DNA of 64,000 bases from Curvularia clavata (taxonomy: Eukaryota), in the NCBI GenBank assembly GCA_023920165.1, contig CP089274.1, positions 1,116,001-1,180,000 of the forward strand, read 5' to 3'. The notes under the pieces were generated by a model. It was given only the letters and a program-made list of their open reading frames with translations. It was not told the origin of the DNA and ran no database searches. Positions 35,078 to 47,591 of the stretch are shown here, piece by piece; position 1 is the stretch's first letter, and each line of letters starts with the position of its first letter. Position numbers and translations under genes: made by a program.

Positions 35078-35511
35078 AGTTCGCCTTGAGATAAACGAAA
35101 GTCCACTATGAATCTTTGAGCAAACGACGAAATCTTTATTCGCGCCTAGTGTTTACTCGGTACCGTAGCTGTCGGTAATCTGTCATGTGAATGCATTCGA
35201 GGTGGTGCAGTACTGTTGGGTGACAAACCAAGACAGTCCAACATGTCTCAAAGGCAAACATTACTGCGCCTGCTTTCCAAGCCTCCAGCACGTGAGGTGA
35301 GTCCCAGAAGAGAAGATGTTCGGCTGTCCGTAGAAATGTCTTCAAACGGGTGCTCCGCATATGACGGGCCCGGTGCGCGGCCGCTTAGTGCCGGCGCCTC
35401 GTTCCGACGGAGATTCCGACAACATCCATTGTCGGATACTCGCCTCACACCAGCAAGACACAAAGAGCTACAAGAGTCATCTCCCTTTCATATCGTAACA
35501 GACCTTCCACG

Positions 35512-36566
35512 ATGGCAAAGGTTGAAGGCGCCCCAGCACACGGCGCAGTAGCACATCTACTGCCGCAAACGTACAAGCGATTCGTCTCGGAATGGCTGGA
35601 GGAAGACACGCCGAGCTTTGATTACGGCGGTTTTGTTGTAGGGGAGGAGATGTCGGAAGCCAAGTTGCTCGGTAAAAGTGAGGTGAGACATTTCCCTTTC
35701 ACTGCTTCTACGTTTTACATTTCTTTGTGCTGAAAAAGAAGCAGGGCATAGTTGCCGGCGTGCCATTTTTCGACGAAGTATTCCGACAGCTGGGCTGCAC
35801 GTAAGTTTATTCTCATCATATTTAGCACTGTTTAAAGATTTGACCCCTTGTCAGCGTCGAGTGGCATGTCAAAGAAGGCACTTCCTTTAAGCCCATCACG
35901 CACTGCGCCACAGTCCGTGGCCCAGTCCGCCATCTTCTGCTCGGCGAGCGTGTGGCGCTCAACACGCTTGCTCGGTGCTCTGGCATCGCTACGAAGAGCA
36001 ACCGGCTGCTTACTCTTTTGCGTGGCGCAGGCTACCCCAATATACTTGCTGGAACCCGTAAAACCACGCCTGGTTTCCGCCTTGTGGAAAAGTACGGAAT
36101 GCTGGTTGGTGGCGTAGATGCGCATCGCGTTGACCTGAGCGCTATGACGATGCTAAAGGACAACCACATTGTCGCTGCTGGAAGCATCACTAATGCTGTG
36201 AGAGCCGCCAAGGCTGCAGGTGGTTTTGCAATCAAAGTTGAAGTTGAGTGTCAGTCTTTTGAAGAGGCTGATGAGGCGATCGCGGCAGGTGCCGATATCG
36301 TCATGCTGGATAACTTCACACCTGAGGGCGTTCAGGTGGCTGCAAAAGACTTGAAAGATAAATGGGGCCGAGGAACGGGCGATAGGAAGCAGTTTCTCGT
36401 CGAGGTCAGCGGTGGACTGACAGAGCACAATGTTGAGAAGTATGTTTGCGCTGACATTGACATTGTGAGCACGAGCAGTATACATCAGGGCGTGCCACAT
36501 GTGGACTTTTCGCTCAAGATTGTACCGAAGACTAAGAATAGTGGCGGAGAGAGTGCGGCGGTATAG
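35512..36566 (+). CDS. BNA6: Nicotinate-nucleotide pyrophosphorylase (quinolinate phosphoribosyltransferase) (introns 35683..35744, 35801..35854)
   Basis: [57 protein letters not shown]...HR.DLS...[23 protein letters not shown]. Confidence 0.97.
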
Positions 36567-37022
36567 GATGGAGATATGTGAAAACATAAGAAGTGGCTGG
36601 TTCATCAAAAACTAAGCCTACAAGCTGGCACGACCTGAATACATTGAAAACTTCAGCCATTCCTCCTGTAAACTTTCATCTTCACTCTCCCTCTCTACAA
36701 GCTCTGTACTCAAATTTGGGTTACATACAGAAGTTTATTCATAAGTCTAGCTGCTGTAAGGTTCAGTGAAGCAATAGCCGGACACACGGTTATTGCGAGT
36801 CCCTAATTACAATAGCGATAATGATCTCACGGTATTGTCACAATACAATGTACCTTTCATCACATTTCCCACTAACATATATTCTATCAATTCTGTTACT
36901 TGTTCATACATCAGCGTCACAACCAGGAACCTCACGAGTCTCTTGCACTTCGCAAAATTGTCCAAGCTTCCGTGCTAGAAACTCAACATCAACGTCAGGA
37001 TCCAAGGCTCTTCGTCTCGACC

Positions 37023-38129
37023 ATGCGCTCCTTCAATCTTTCCACGGTGCTAGCTACTCTCTCCCTCCCCCTCTTAGCCGCCGCCGAAACCAGCCTCACT
37101 ACCTCAAACCCCCAATACACTCTCACTGATAACCTAACCTACGACAACTTCTTCTCTGCCTTCGACTTCTTCTCTGAGCCCGACCCCACCCACGGCTTCG
37201 TCCGATACCAAACCCTCTCCTCGGCCATCTCCCAGCAACTAATCGGGTATATGCCTGACACTCGCTCTGTCTACCTAGGCGTAGATTCTACTAGCAAAGA
37301 GGCCGATTCTACCGGCCGCGCCTCCGTGCGCCTCGAAAGCAAGAAGAGTTGGAATCACGGTCTGCTCATCGCTGATATACGGCACATGCCTGCCTCGCAG
37401 TGTGGCGTGTGGCCTGCTTTCTGGCTCGTGTCTGCGTCCAAAACGTGGCCGGAAGGTGGAGAGATAGATATCCTGGAAGGCGTTAATGACGATGAGAGCA
37501 GTAAAATCACACTGCACACTTCCAGTGGGTGCACGGTGGACAACAGTAGTGTTGTTACCGGTAATGGTAGTGATGGGGCTATCACATCTCCTTTCTCAGG
37601 CACCATGCTGACGAGCGACTGCGATGTGAATGCCGAAGGGCAGAGTAAGAATATGGGATGTTCTATTCAAGCTCCATATCAAGGCGGCGATGCGCAACTT
37701 GTTGCTGGGAACACTGACCCTGAGCTTCCGTCATATGGAACATCGTTCAACAGCGTGTCCGGCGGTGTCTATGCTATGGAGTGGACGGCTGATGACATTG
37801 CTGTGTGGCTTTTCCCCCGCGATTCAGACGGGTTTAATAAGTTTTTCCCTCATACGAATGAGACAATGAAAGAGCCTGATCCGGCGGCTTGGGGACCGCC
37901 GCTTGCGCGGTTTGGTGGCAAAGAATGCGATTTTGAGCAGCGGTTTAAGGATCTGCGGGTTGTGTTCAATACAGCGTTTTGCGGAGACTGGGCAGGTAGG
38001 GAGTGGGATAAGTCGTGTCGGGAGAAAACAGGGGTGGAGACCTGTGAAGAGTATGTGAGAGATCATCCTGAGGCGTTTAGTGAGGCGTACTGGGATATTA
38101 GTGGATTGTGGTGGTGGCAGAAGAAGTGA
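37023..38129 (+). CDS. Secreted GH16 beta-1,3(4)-glucanase-like protein
   Basis: Signal peptide MRSFNLSTVLATLSLPLLAAA; DPTHGFVRY, GRASVRLES, CGVWPAFW, catalytic WPEGGEIDILEG, GGVYAMEW, FCGDWAG. Confidence 0.93.
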   Translation: MRSFNLSTVLATLSLPLLAAAETSLTTSNPQYTLTDNLTYDNFFSAFDFFSEPDPTHGFVRYQTLSSAISQQLIGYMPDTRSVYLGVDSTSKEADSTGRASVRLESKKSWNHGLLIADIRHMPASQCGVWPAFWLVSASKTWPEGGEIDILEGVNDDESSKITLHTSSGCTVDNSSVVTGNGSDGAITSPFSGTMLTSDCDVNAEGQSKNMGCSIQAPYQGGDAQLVAGNTDPELPSYGTSFNSVSGGVYAMEWTADDIAVWLFPRDSDGFNKFFPHTNETMKEPDPAAWGPPLARFGGKECDFEQRFKDLRVVFNTAFCGDWAGREWDKSCREKTGVETCEEYVRDHPEAFSEAYWDISGLWWWQKK

Positions 38130-38545
38130 TGGGTGGTTTTGTCTTTTGCTAGCTCGGTTTGACGGAGTCAGTAGGTTGTGACTGTTTCTATCTGATATAT
38201 TTCGCATGCATAGAAATCCTATTATGTCCAGCTTTCTTCTTCTCTTGTATTCTTGTCCTCTTACGTACAAATCGCCCTTATCGAGGACACGCTAGCTAGA
38301 TACTATTACATTGAAACTCAAACTTTCCCATTTGAAAATTCATTCACCTCCTAATATGAAAAGGAAAAAACTGATCCAGAATACACATATTCGACGAGGG
38401 TGGGGTCACAGAATCGATAAACTTAGATAGTAGCAAACGTCGTTTATATCAGTCATGATAAAGATACTAATGGAACACAGGTATCCATGATATATCCAAA
38501 CACCTTGAAAACCGTGTATCTCTCTCGATCTTCCGTAACCAACTC

Positions 38546-40305
38546 TTAAATCGTATATCTAAACCTCGGACTATCATCTCCCATCTCCGCAATCTCTTCG
38601 TCACTCATATCCTGCACCAAATGCTGCTCCCCACCCCTCTCACGCTTAGCATTCACTTTGCTAAAATGAAACCACAAAATGACGTAGCATGTGCACGCGA
38701 AGCCCACCATGGCCATAGTAATACCGTGGCCCTTGATGAAGCGAGGCCGATCGGCTGTAGGGTATATCTATCAAATCGTTAGCTCAGGTTGCCGCCTTTT
38801 CTATCAAGATGGAAAGGGGAGACTTACAAAAGCACTCATAATACCTGCACAATTTCCGATACTAAGCTGCATTCCAGTAGCCGTAGTCCGCTTGCCGTAC
38901 CGAGGCAGATTCGTCGGAAGCCAGGCGAGCGGTAATCCGACGCAGACATACAGACCCATGGCAACGAGAAAGCAGCCGGCGTAGTGCACTTTGGAGTTGG
39001 AATCACTGATGAGCATGGCGTATCCGACGATGCTGATGATGCCGAGGAGCACGCTATACAAACCGCGTTTCTGCTGTCGATCCGAAAAGTGCGCAACAAT
39101 GAGATATGTAACAGCGCCCAGGGCATAGCAAGGGATGGTCAGAACCTGAATCATGGCACTGCTAGCTGTAGTATTGATAGAGCGGATGATAGTCGGCAGG
39201 AAAGTCGAGTACCCATACAGCATGGTGTCTGAGCCAAACTGCGCAAAGCAAAAAGTCCAGACCCTCCAGTCCTTGAAAGCTTTCTTGACGTCGGCCCAAT
39301 GGAATTCCGCGGCTTTCTTGGTGTAGCCTGTTTGCCTCTTGAGACGGGCTGCGGCATAGGCTTTTTCTTCGGCGGTCAAGAAGTAGGCGCTTTCGGGAGT
39401 GTTGGGAAGAGCGAACCAGGTTACAATGCCCAGGACGAAAGTGGGAATCCCCTCGATTATCATGATCCAGCGCCATCTATCATTCAGCGTTAGCTTATCA
39501 TTGTTTTGAAGGCGGAGCAAGCGTTTGAGAGATCGTAAAGTTGCTCCTGACATTGACACTATGGGTAGACACTTACCCACGTAGCCCCTCTACACCGTCC
39601 ATATGCCCAATTGCGTAGGCAAGGAGACCACCACAGGCTCCAGCAAGCGCGGCAGACACGAAGAGATAGCCGATGCGGAGAGCGAGCTCACGCTTAGTGT
39701 AGAAGAAGGTCAGGTATATGGCCATGCCAGGAAACAGGCCACCTTCAACTGCGCCGAGCAGAAGACGACATGCGATCAGGCCGCCGTAGCTCTGCACTAC
39801 ACCCGTCAAGGTTGCGATAATACCCCAAGCGAGCGTAATAAACGCAATCCACCGCGAGGGCGTAAGTTTCTTAAGCACCAGATTCGACGGAAGCTCTGAT
39901 AAAATGTACGTGACGAATAGAATTGACACTGCTGTTTGGAACTGCGAGTCGCTCATGTTGAGATCCTCCTGGAGACCGTAGAGACGCGCATTCCCGATGT
40001 TGACTCTGGTAGAGTAGTTAGTACGCTGTCATACCAAACCTTCCGGTCATGAAAAAAAAGCCATATTCCCTCTCCACGCGCATTGGCATAGGTCACGAGA
40101 GAAACAAGTCAGCTTACCTATCAAGAAAGCTGAAAAGATACAACAGCATAACGATCGGGATAACAAAAATATCCAACTTGCGCACGATTTTCGCCTCGAA
40201 AACAGGGTCGATCGCATCCAGCTGCTCTGCAATTTCGTCGCTCTGCTTCGCTGCAGCACCTGCCTGGGGCACTCCGCCATCGTACTGTTTCTCGACGTCG
40301 CTCAT
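38546..40305 (-). CDS. MFS transporter, anion:cation symporter (Tna1/Dal5-like) family, 3 probable introns
   Basis: KIVRKLD..VIP...LYLFSFLDR|VNIGNAR, ELPSNLVLKK, RLLLGAVEGGLFPG, FYTKRELALR, GLRG|WRWIMIIEG, PRYGKR, C-terminal MGDDSPRFRYTI*. Confidence 0.93.
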
Positions 40306-41414
40306 CGTGTCGCGCGGCGTCGTCTCGTCTCCTCGGAGGCCACAAAAATCCGGCGACTATTGCTGATGACTACTAGGTTGCAAGATGAATTCTTGTCACC
40401 AATCTTCTTTTTCCTAGCTCTTCTCTTTTTTTTCCCCAACCTCGTGATTTCTCGTGCCGTTGTGTTTCTTACACCAAAAAAAAGACGAACAAAAAAGAAT
40501 CGCCTTTCAACCGAAAACCAACCCCGTCATCATGTCGTTTAGCCTTCTTTGCTTTTCGCCACGAGAGAAAGCCGGGCCATCGCGAGCTTTAAATCCGTTG
40601 GGGGGAGAGCTCTGCAAACAGTAGGACGGCGGACCTTTCTGCAGGGACCCACAGGCAGATCTAGGGCGGGGCTGGGGGTGATTAGATGGTGTCAACGCAA
40701 CAGTCAATGCATGAGGCACGCTAGGCCGCTTGCAGAATGACGTTTTTCCCGGTTCATGGCACGGCGCTGATAATGCAGTGCTCCCTGGTGGGAACTGATA
40801 ATGCACGAGACATCTGTGCTATCTGCCTTGCTCCAACTTCTCCAAGGCTTGGGAGGGCAGGGTTTGAAATCAAAGATGGGGCTCGACTAGTGGTGCGTGA
40901 TTGTGATTGTCTTGTGTAACGCGAAGATGACGGACTTTTATTAAGTCGCGTGTTCTGATTGCATTAGTCGCAGGTCCGTTGATAATTGGTACTGTCATCG
41001 TTTGCGTTTCTGACCATGCATTTCCTGGCAGTGAGGTTGGGTGTGATCGACAGACGAGGCGCTGATCGTAGTGGAACAACCACTAGGGCTGCATGGTGTC
41101 AGCGAGTTTGTCATTTATACGCTCATGTTACTTTTTAGGAAGAATATGTCTTACGCTCTTGATAATGTCCCGGCTGTGTTCATCAAAGGCTCCTCATGCT
41201 CATTAATATTTTACACAAAAAGACGCCAGCTTTGTAAACGTTTTACATTTCAACGAGGCTTAAATTACATCTCGTAAGCTAGAAGTAGCAGAGCTACTCT
41301 TGATGAATTATTTGATATTATTTCGATGTGTGCAGAGCTGTGAGTATCGAGATGGATTTCGTAGGTAAATACCATCAGAGAAGAGATTAAGCAAACCAGA
41401 CGAGCACATAGTAC

Positions 41415-43437
41415 CTAACCCGACGAATTCGAACTCGGATAACTAAACGGCGTCGTACTCCAATCCACCGGAAGCGTCAGACCCGCATATATATCAATCT
41501 GAGTCGCAGGATCAACTGGTCGTATCAACTCATCGCGCGGCACCTCAATCTCTTCCGCAGCCACAGATTCAGCCTCCATAGTTGCTGTTTGCAAAATAGG
41601 AGGCCTCGAGAAACTCGCACGTGCAATGGCCTGGACCTCTCTCGCCATATTCTTTCCAAGCGGCCAGATAGTCCCCATGGTTTTCAGGAAACCGATGCTG
41701 AGACGGATGCGGTCGCGTGCTATGGAGAGACCATGATCGTCGAGTAGGTGCGTGCACGCAGAGACTTGTACGGCAGCCATTTGTGCCGTGCAACACATAG
41801 TGAATAAATTGTGCTTTTCGAATGCACATGGGATTGCAAGAAGTTTGGTTTGCATCTCTGTGGCTTTGAGCACGCGTGCGGTGTGGGCTTTTCGTCCTGC
41901 CTTTGGTACGAGCGTGAATGGCGACGGCATGACGAAGGCTCGCGTATTCAGTTCTCCAGGGCAGTAGCCGAGTGACGAGAACGGCCGGTGAATTGTCGAT
42001 AGGACGCTGTGAATATGTCAATGTGCTGCTAAGAAAACCCGTTGCCGAGGACTTACATAGTGACCATCATGTGTGCCATGAACCTGCCGAAAACATAACA
42101 TCAGCAAATATTATCAGCCTATAAGTGAAGTTTGATCTACGTACATAACCTCATCCACTTCGCCGTTAGGACGTAGCGGATCTTTCTTACAAGATGGTAG
42201 CAAAGACGACCAGATTGCCAATTTTGCATCGCAGTTTTCAACCATAGCCTCGTCTACTGTAGAGGTCTCCAGAAAGGTGCTCATGACTAGTATGGTCAAC
42301 TATTCGCGCTATAGCAACACTAGAGTCTACTATTCAAACTCACTGAACTTGATAACCATGGCAGCATCGTATAAATAGGTAATAGACGAGTATACCACTT
42401 CCACTTCTTCAAACTCCCGGAGCTGGTACTCAGCCCACGTTGCCACAGGAGGAATTTTCTAATCATGTCACTACCTCAACCATTCTTAGCATACTAGGAA
42501 AACATACCCCGCAATTGAAGTACTCGTCATCGCAAGGCAGGTTGACATTATTCGGTATCGTCAGTAGAGTGTAAAACGGAGTGTTGGTGACAACAGCAAA
42601 ATGCTGATCGATAATGTAGAGAATATAGTAAGTTCTCCTCCACGACTCGGCCAGCACAGCGTCGCCTTCGCCATATGCTTGTGCAAAATCCTTTTCATTC
42701 ATGCCAAGAGCCAAGGCAACGGTGATAGCTGTCTCGAGTCTCTGGCGGGCTTCGCTCCGGAAATCGCAATGAAACTCTGCGAGTGCAAACAGCATAATTG
42801 CTTGTACATTGAATGGAGTGTGTGCCAGCGTAAGTGGATCGAGTACCTCGAGAGCGGCTTCCTTGTAAGGCTCTGATGGTACCCAGGGAGCGTACAACGA
42901 GCCAATCCATTCCAAGACACACAGCAGTGCTTCCATGCCATGATTCGCTTTCAGTCGCCGGGTCTGGAGATACGGATATGGTAGGACGATGGGAAATGAA
43001 GGCCACAAGTTTTCATAGTACAGCTCCAGAAGACGGTCTTTGTCGATCTGGAAAGCCACGTGGTTCTGCTCTAGGAACTGCGACGAAGTGCGGGATAGCG
43101 TTTCGTCAGTGACGCTGTTCGAGAAGATATCCCAAGAGGGCTGAACGCAGGATGGGTCAGTCGACGGCGAGTGCTGCTCGGAGCTATGGCTGCCTTCTAC
43201 AGAGGATGTATTCTGCTGAGCTCTCTCGGCTTCTTGCTGCAATCGTAGTCGTCGTGCTGCGAGGGCCGCTTTATCCAACCCCCCTCTTCTTGACTTCTTG
43301 TATACGCATTCTTTTCCATCGCGCTTGCATCGTTTGCATACGGGTTGCTCCGCATCGCACTTGACATGCCTACTCCGGCATTGGACACACGCCAAGACAA
43401 CGCGCTCGATACGCTTGTCGCATGACGCCTGATCCAT
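41415..43437 (-). CDS. Zn(II)2Cys6 transcription factor with fungal-specific middle domain, 4 probable introns
   Basis: CVQCRSRHVKCDAEQPVCKRCKRDGKEC.Y..SRRG; ESWRRTYY.LY..D; NLPCDD. Exons splice in frame through to ORF 41415..41930. Confidence 0.92.
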
Positions 43438-44010
43438 CACAGGTCTATGGTCTGTTGGGCCAATTATAGCTTCAGTCGGACGAGGATGCTGTTGCAAAAC
43501 TGTTGAGCAGAGCAATCAAGTTTTTTGACGTTCAATACCTGTAAACCTAACAGGCAATACTGTTGATGTGGGTAGAAGGTGAATTCCAGTTTTGCAGCTC
43601 ACATGCAGCTTAGTCAATCCCACGGCTGTGTCGTCGGCAAGGGTCGGAAGTGTAGTTGGGGGCCGTACCACTCAGGCGGTAGACACATACAATATATATA
43701 GGGTTGCTTCCTATGCAAAGCACATAATAGCATCATTAATTTTTGCCGTTTCCCGGCTCCTCTACCCTAACCATAAACTAGAGAAATCACACTAATACAT
43801 TTGTACAAAAGACAGCCTTCAAAATACGATGGGCGTACGTAACAGTGTCTTAGTCGGGCCTCAGTGCATAAAAGCATGTCATCGTATGCGTACCCAGACC
43901 TGACGGAGCATGTATCCGTACCAGCTGGAAGTAGTCGCCTTTCCATCGTATATCTATATGTCGAGGTGAGCTCATACCCACCACCGAGTCCAGAGGCATA
44001 AGTCGCGGAT

Positions 44011-45963
44011 CTATCGCAATTTGCCCTGCTCCTGAGCTTCCTTGACTTGCTCGAATACCTGTCATGTTGCGTTAGCTATAGGTGCCCATAGCATAGACTG
44101 ACTAGAATCATGTTCTTACCTTCAACATCTTCCTGCGCGCACCGAGAGCATTGACTCCACGCTTCTCCAAGCCTTCATCATCAAGCTCAATGAGCTCTTG
44201 CCATTTAAGGTCCTTGAGGTTATCCGTGTACTTGTGCAGTCGGAGGCTTCGAAGCCAGTTGGGAATGTCCGCAAGCAGGCCAGGGTCGGTAGGATCCTCC
44301 GGAGGCTTGGAGCTACCGCGACGACCTCGGGGAGATCTGCCACGGTCAATGTTGTCACCAAGGAAGCCGTGGCCGTCATTGTTGCCTGCGCTGCCGAGTC
44401 CGAACTGAGCCAGATTAAGGGCACCCATGCCGTTGTTCATCATTCCGGCTCCATAATCGGCAGCTAGGAAACCATTGGCCTGAGGGGAAGTAAAGCTACC
44501 CATGGCTCCCATGCCCATTCCCTGGCCCTGCATTGCAAAACCTGGAGAGCTGGGGCGAGAGCGGCGGCCATTCATAGCAGCTAGCTGCTGCGCCTGTAGA
44601 GCAGCGGCTTGCTGTGGAGTTAAGACCTGGCCCATCTCGTTCGTCATAAGAATGTTTCCATTACCCATTTGAGGCATACCGGGCGACATAGGGCCGTTAT
44701 CCGATGAACGAGCGCGACGGAACTTACGCACATCATCCAGTTGAATGCGATTGTTAACAGTGGAGAGTGCGGCGAGCTTCATAGCGGTAGCATTGGCAAC
44801 CATATCAGCCTGATTGTTGGACTGGCTAAAGTTGGCAACCATTGGAGTGCTCAATTGAGACGCCCAGCTGCCACCAGGCTGGTAAGAAGGCGAAAGGAGT
44901 GGCATATTAGAGTTTGCTTCGAGCGCGTTCAGAGTAGTAGTCTGTACGTTGCTGCTATCATTCTGGAGGGGAAGACGAGGGGATCGGAGTCCAGCAGATG
45001 GAGGGGGCTGCGAGAATTGGCCCATGGGCTGCTGCTGTTGCTGCTGCTGACCAGACGACTTGGGACGATTTGCACCTTCGTTCCAGGGAGACGCCGGCGG
45101 GGCATTGTTATCCCTTTTGTTGTCCTCAGGCGCAGAGATGGTAGGCGCAGCCATGGAACTACGGTCGCCGACAGTGCTGTTGCGGTTGGATGCCGGTGCG
45201 ACGCCTACCACGTCAGTAAATTCGGCCTTTTGCTTGGCGATAGCGGCGGCCGCATCTGGGAACATGCGGTTGATGGTGGATGTTTCCAAGCCCGAGTTGC
45301 GTTTTCCAGCACCCGGGGATGGCGGGGGACGGCCAAGACCCATGGAATGGCGGTTTTCGCCCGTGTTGAGCTTGCTCATGGCATCGGTCAGTTTCTGTGT
45401 CATTGGGTCTCGTAGAGGTCAGCACGAAAATCCATCAGGAAGAACAAGCAAAGATTCTCACCCTTCTCTCCAAAGTTTGCGGGAGAAAGCACTCCAGACA
45501 TGGGCACATTCTTGGACATTTGTTGGAGGACCTGGATAAAGAACCTAATCTGAACTTGGGTCGTCTGCTGCAGGAGAGCGTAGAGAGCGGCAGTCCTCTC
45601 GGCCTCGCTGAGCACGCGGAACCATTGCTCGATGGCGCTCAATTCGTCCTTGAAGTCCTGATCAAGGGTGGCTGTTGCCATTTCCTCGAGAGTAGTTTCG
45701 TACTGATCAATGTCGGCAAGCCACTGCTGGGCGGCGCGCTCCATCTCGTCTGGGTTACCCGACTGCGTGTTGTTGCGGCCGAAGTAGATCTCAGAGGCGG
45801 GGCGAATGCCACGGTTGGCCAGAGGAGAGGGGAAGCCGCCCAGATCAGCTGAGGCACGGAGATGGTGGTTCGCCCCGAGCGAAGCGCGGGCCTGGGGCGG
45901 ACGCAGGGAGCTAGAACCCTCGGGGGTGCTGTTTCTGTTGGCGGCGAGTTGGCTGGCAGACAT
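44011..45963 (-). CDS. VTS1: Smaug-type SAM-domain RNA-binding protein (introns 45409..45461, 44059..44119)
   Basis: [26 protein letters not shown]...VQIRFF; C-terminal [19 protein letters not shown]....W.ELI.L....[16 protein letters not shown]. Confidence 0.94.
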
Positions 45964-47591
45964 GATGGCGATAGTTTGCGAAGGTGGCGGATATAGTGGG
46001 TGGGTTGTAATTCTGGCTGACTGTCAGTACGACGGATACGAGGGCAGCGAGTTTGGCGAGGGCGGGCTTACAGCGATGAGAGAGTGGAATCGAGGGAGAT
46101 TGTAAGTAATGGGTGCACACGAGAGTCTCCTGCAGTCCCAGCTGTGCCTCAAAGGAGAGCCCGAGGTGCGAAGTGTCAGGGGAGAGACAGTATCGCGGAA
46201 GAGCTGATGGGTGCAGGTAGGGCGGCGGTTTGCGGGAGGGGACGAGGACGCAGCGCAATAAGAAGAGAGCGGGTAATATATCAAGCAACAAAGAAGGGAA
46301 AAGGCCCACGATCAGGAGGAGGAAGACCGGCGGAACAAGGTCGCTGCCAGAGGTAGAGAAGGAGACAGAGAGTTGCGCTCTTGTCAGGCCTGGAAAAGGC
46401 GTTGGTTCGTTAGCGTGCAGCCAATCACGGCACCCTGCGCAAGACTGAAGCAACGGCACGACTGGCCTAGCGCTAGTGCTCAGCTGTTACAGATGCTGCG
46501 AGTGCCTGTGGAGCCAGGTGGTCTTTGACGCCAGAGGGAGAAACACAGACTACATGTGCTGCCTGCAGGCTGCGCGGCTGTCGAGGATACGCGTGCCTGG
46601 GAATCCCCGTGGTGTTGCCTCAGCATCGCCCATCTCATACCCAACGAGACGCAGTCGTGGCACCCGAACCGTTTCGACGACGACCAGCTAGCAATTGGCA
46701 ATTCATGGCCCAAGAAAGACGCCCACGGCTGGTTCCGCTGTCAGTCCCGCCCAGATCGCACGCCCTCCTGCCAAAGCAAAAATAAAGGGTTCGAATCGTA
46801 ACCTTCTGTAACATGCATCGGCCCTGCTGCGCCCCCATTGGCGAGCCTGGCGCGGGGAGCCCCATCAGACGCTCCGGGAAACAAAAAGGAAATACTCCGG
46901 AGACGCTGTTCATGCGCAGCCCATATCGTCACCAAGCCCGCACACATGACTTGGCCGTCCCGACGTCGTATTTTGTGATTGCAGGATCACCCGTCTGCCT
47001 TGAAGACCCGAAACCGCTTACCCGCTCGCTCGTTGCCTGTTCCGGTGCTACCGGCACTTGTCACCCTACCTATGTTCCTTACTATACCCGCTCAGCCCAC
47101 GTGCGTCCATCTATCCCGAGTCGTGCGAGGACGTTTGAGCTACCCAAAGACACGCACTGCCCCCATGTGTCCAGTGCTGCTTATGCCGTGGTAATGACAG
47201 GGTGCAATGGCATGCCATTCAGCTAAAGTCCAACTGACATCACTGGGCTCGGCTCGGCCTATAACAAACGCCTTTCACGTTGATGCTACACACTCGTACT
47301 CGTGCTGGTTAGAGTAAACTTTTGCCAAGCCCCTGCTTATACAGAACATGCTCTCCGCGGCACTCCTCTCCATTGCGCAATGGCTTGAAACACTTCCCGA
47401 GTCCTCTGCAGGAAACATGCTATTGCGTTCGAGCACGTCAGCCGTCATGGTTCAGAGCTTACGGTTTGAGCAACCCAAATTGTCAGCTAAAGTCTTGGCT
47501 TGGGCCGTTCACGGCAACACGACGTGGGCGGCAGGACCGAAACAATCCATATGAATTGGGTATCTTATTTTCTTTCTCGCAACAAAAAGTT

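Noticed and set aside
27300..35100. Starship or other giant mobile element
   Set aside because: No tyrosine-recombinase captain, transposase or identifiable boundary repeats; kept only as an accessory-island hypothesis.
24464..40305. Recent duplication of the two MFS genes (shared intron in the FLDR codon)
   Set aside because: The proteins are highly divergent, so the shared intron more likely reflects old family ancestry.
46788..46798. GGTTCGAATCG, tRNA B-box-like
   Set aside because: No A-box, acceptor stem or cloverleaf in the flanks.
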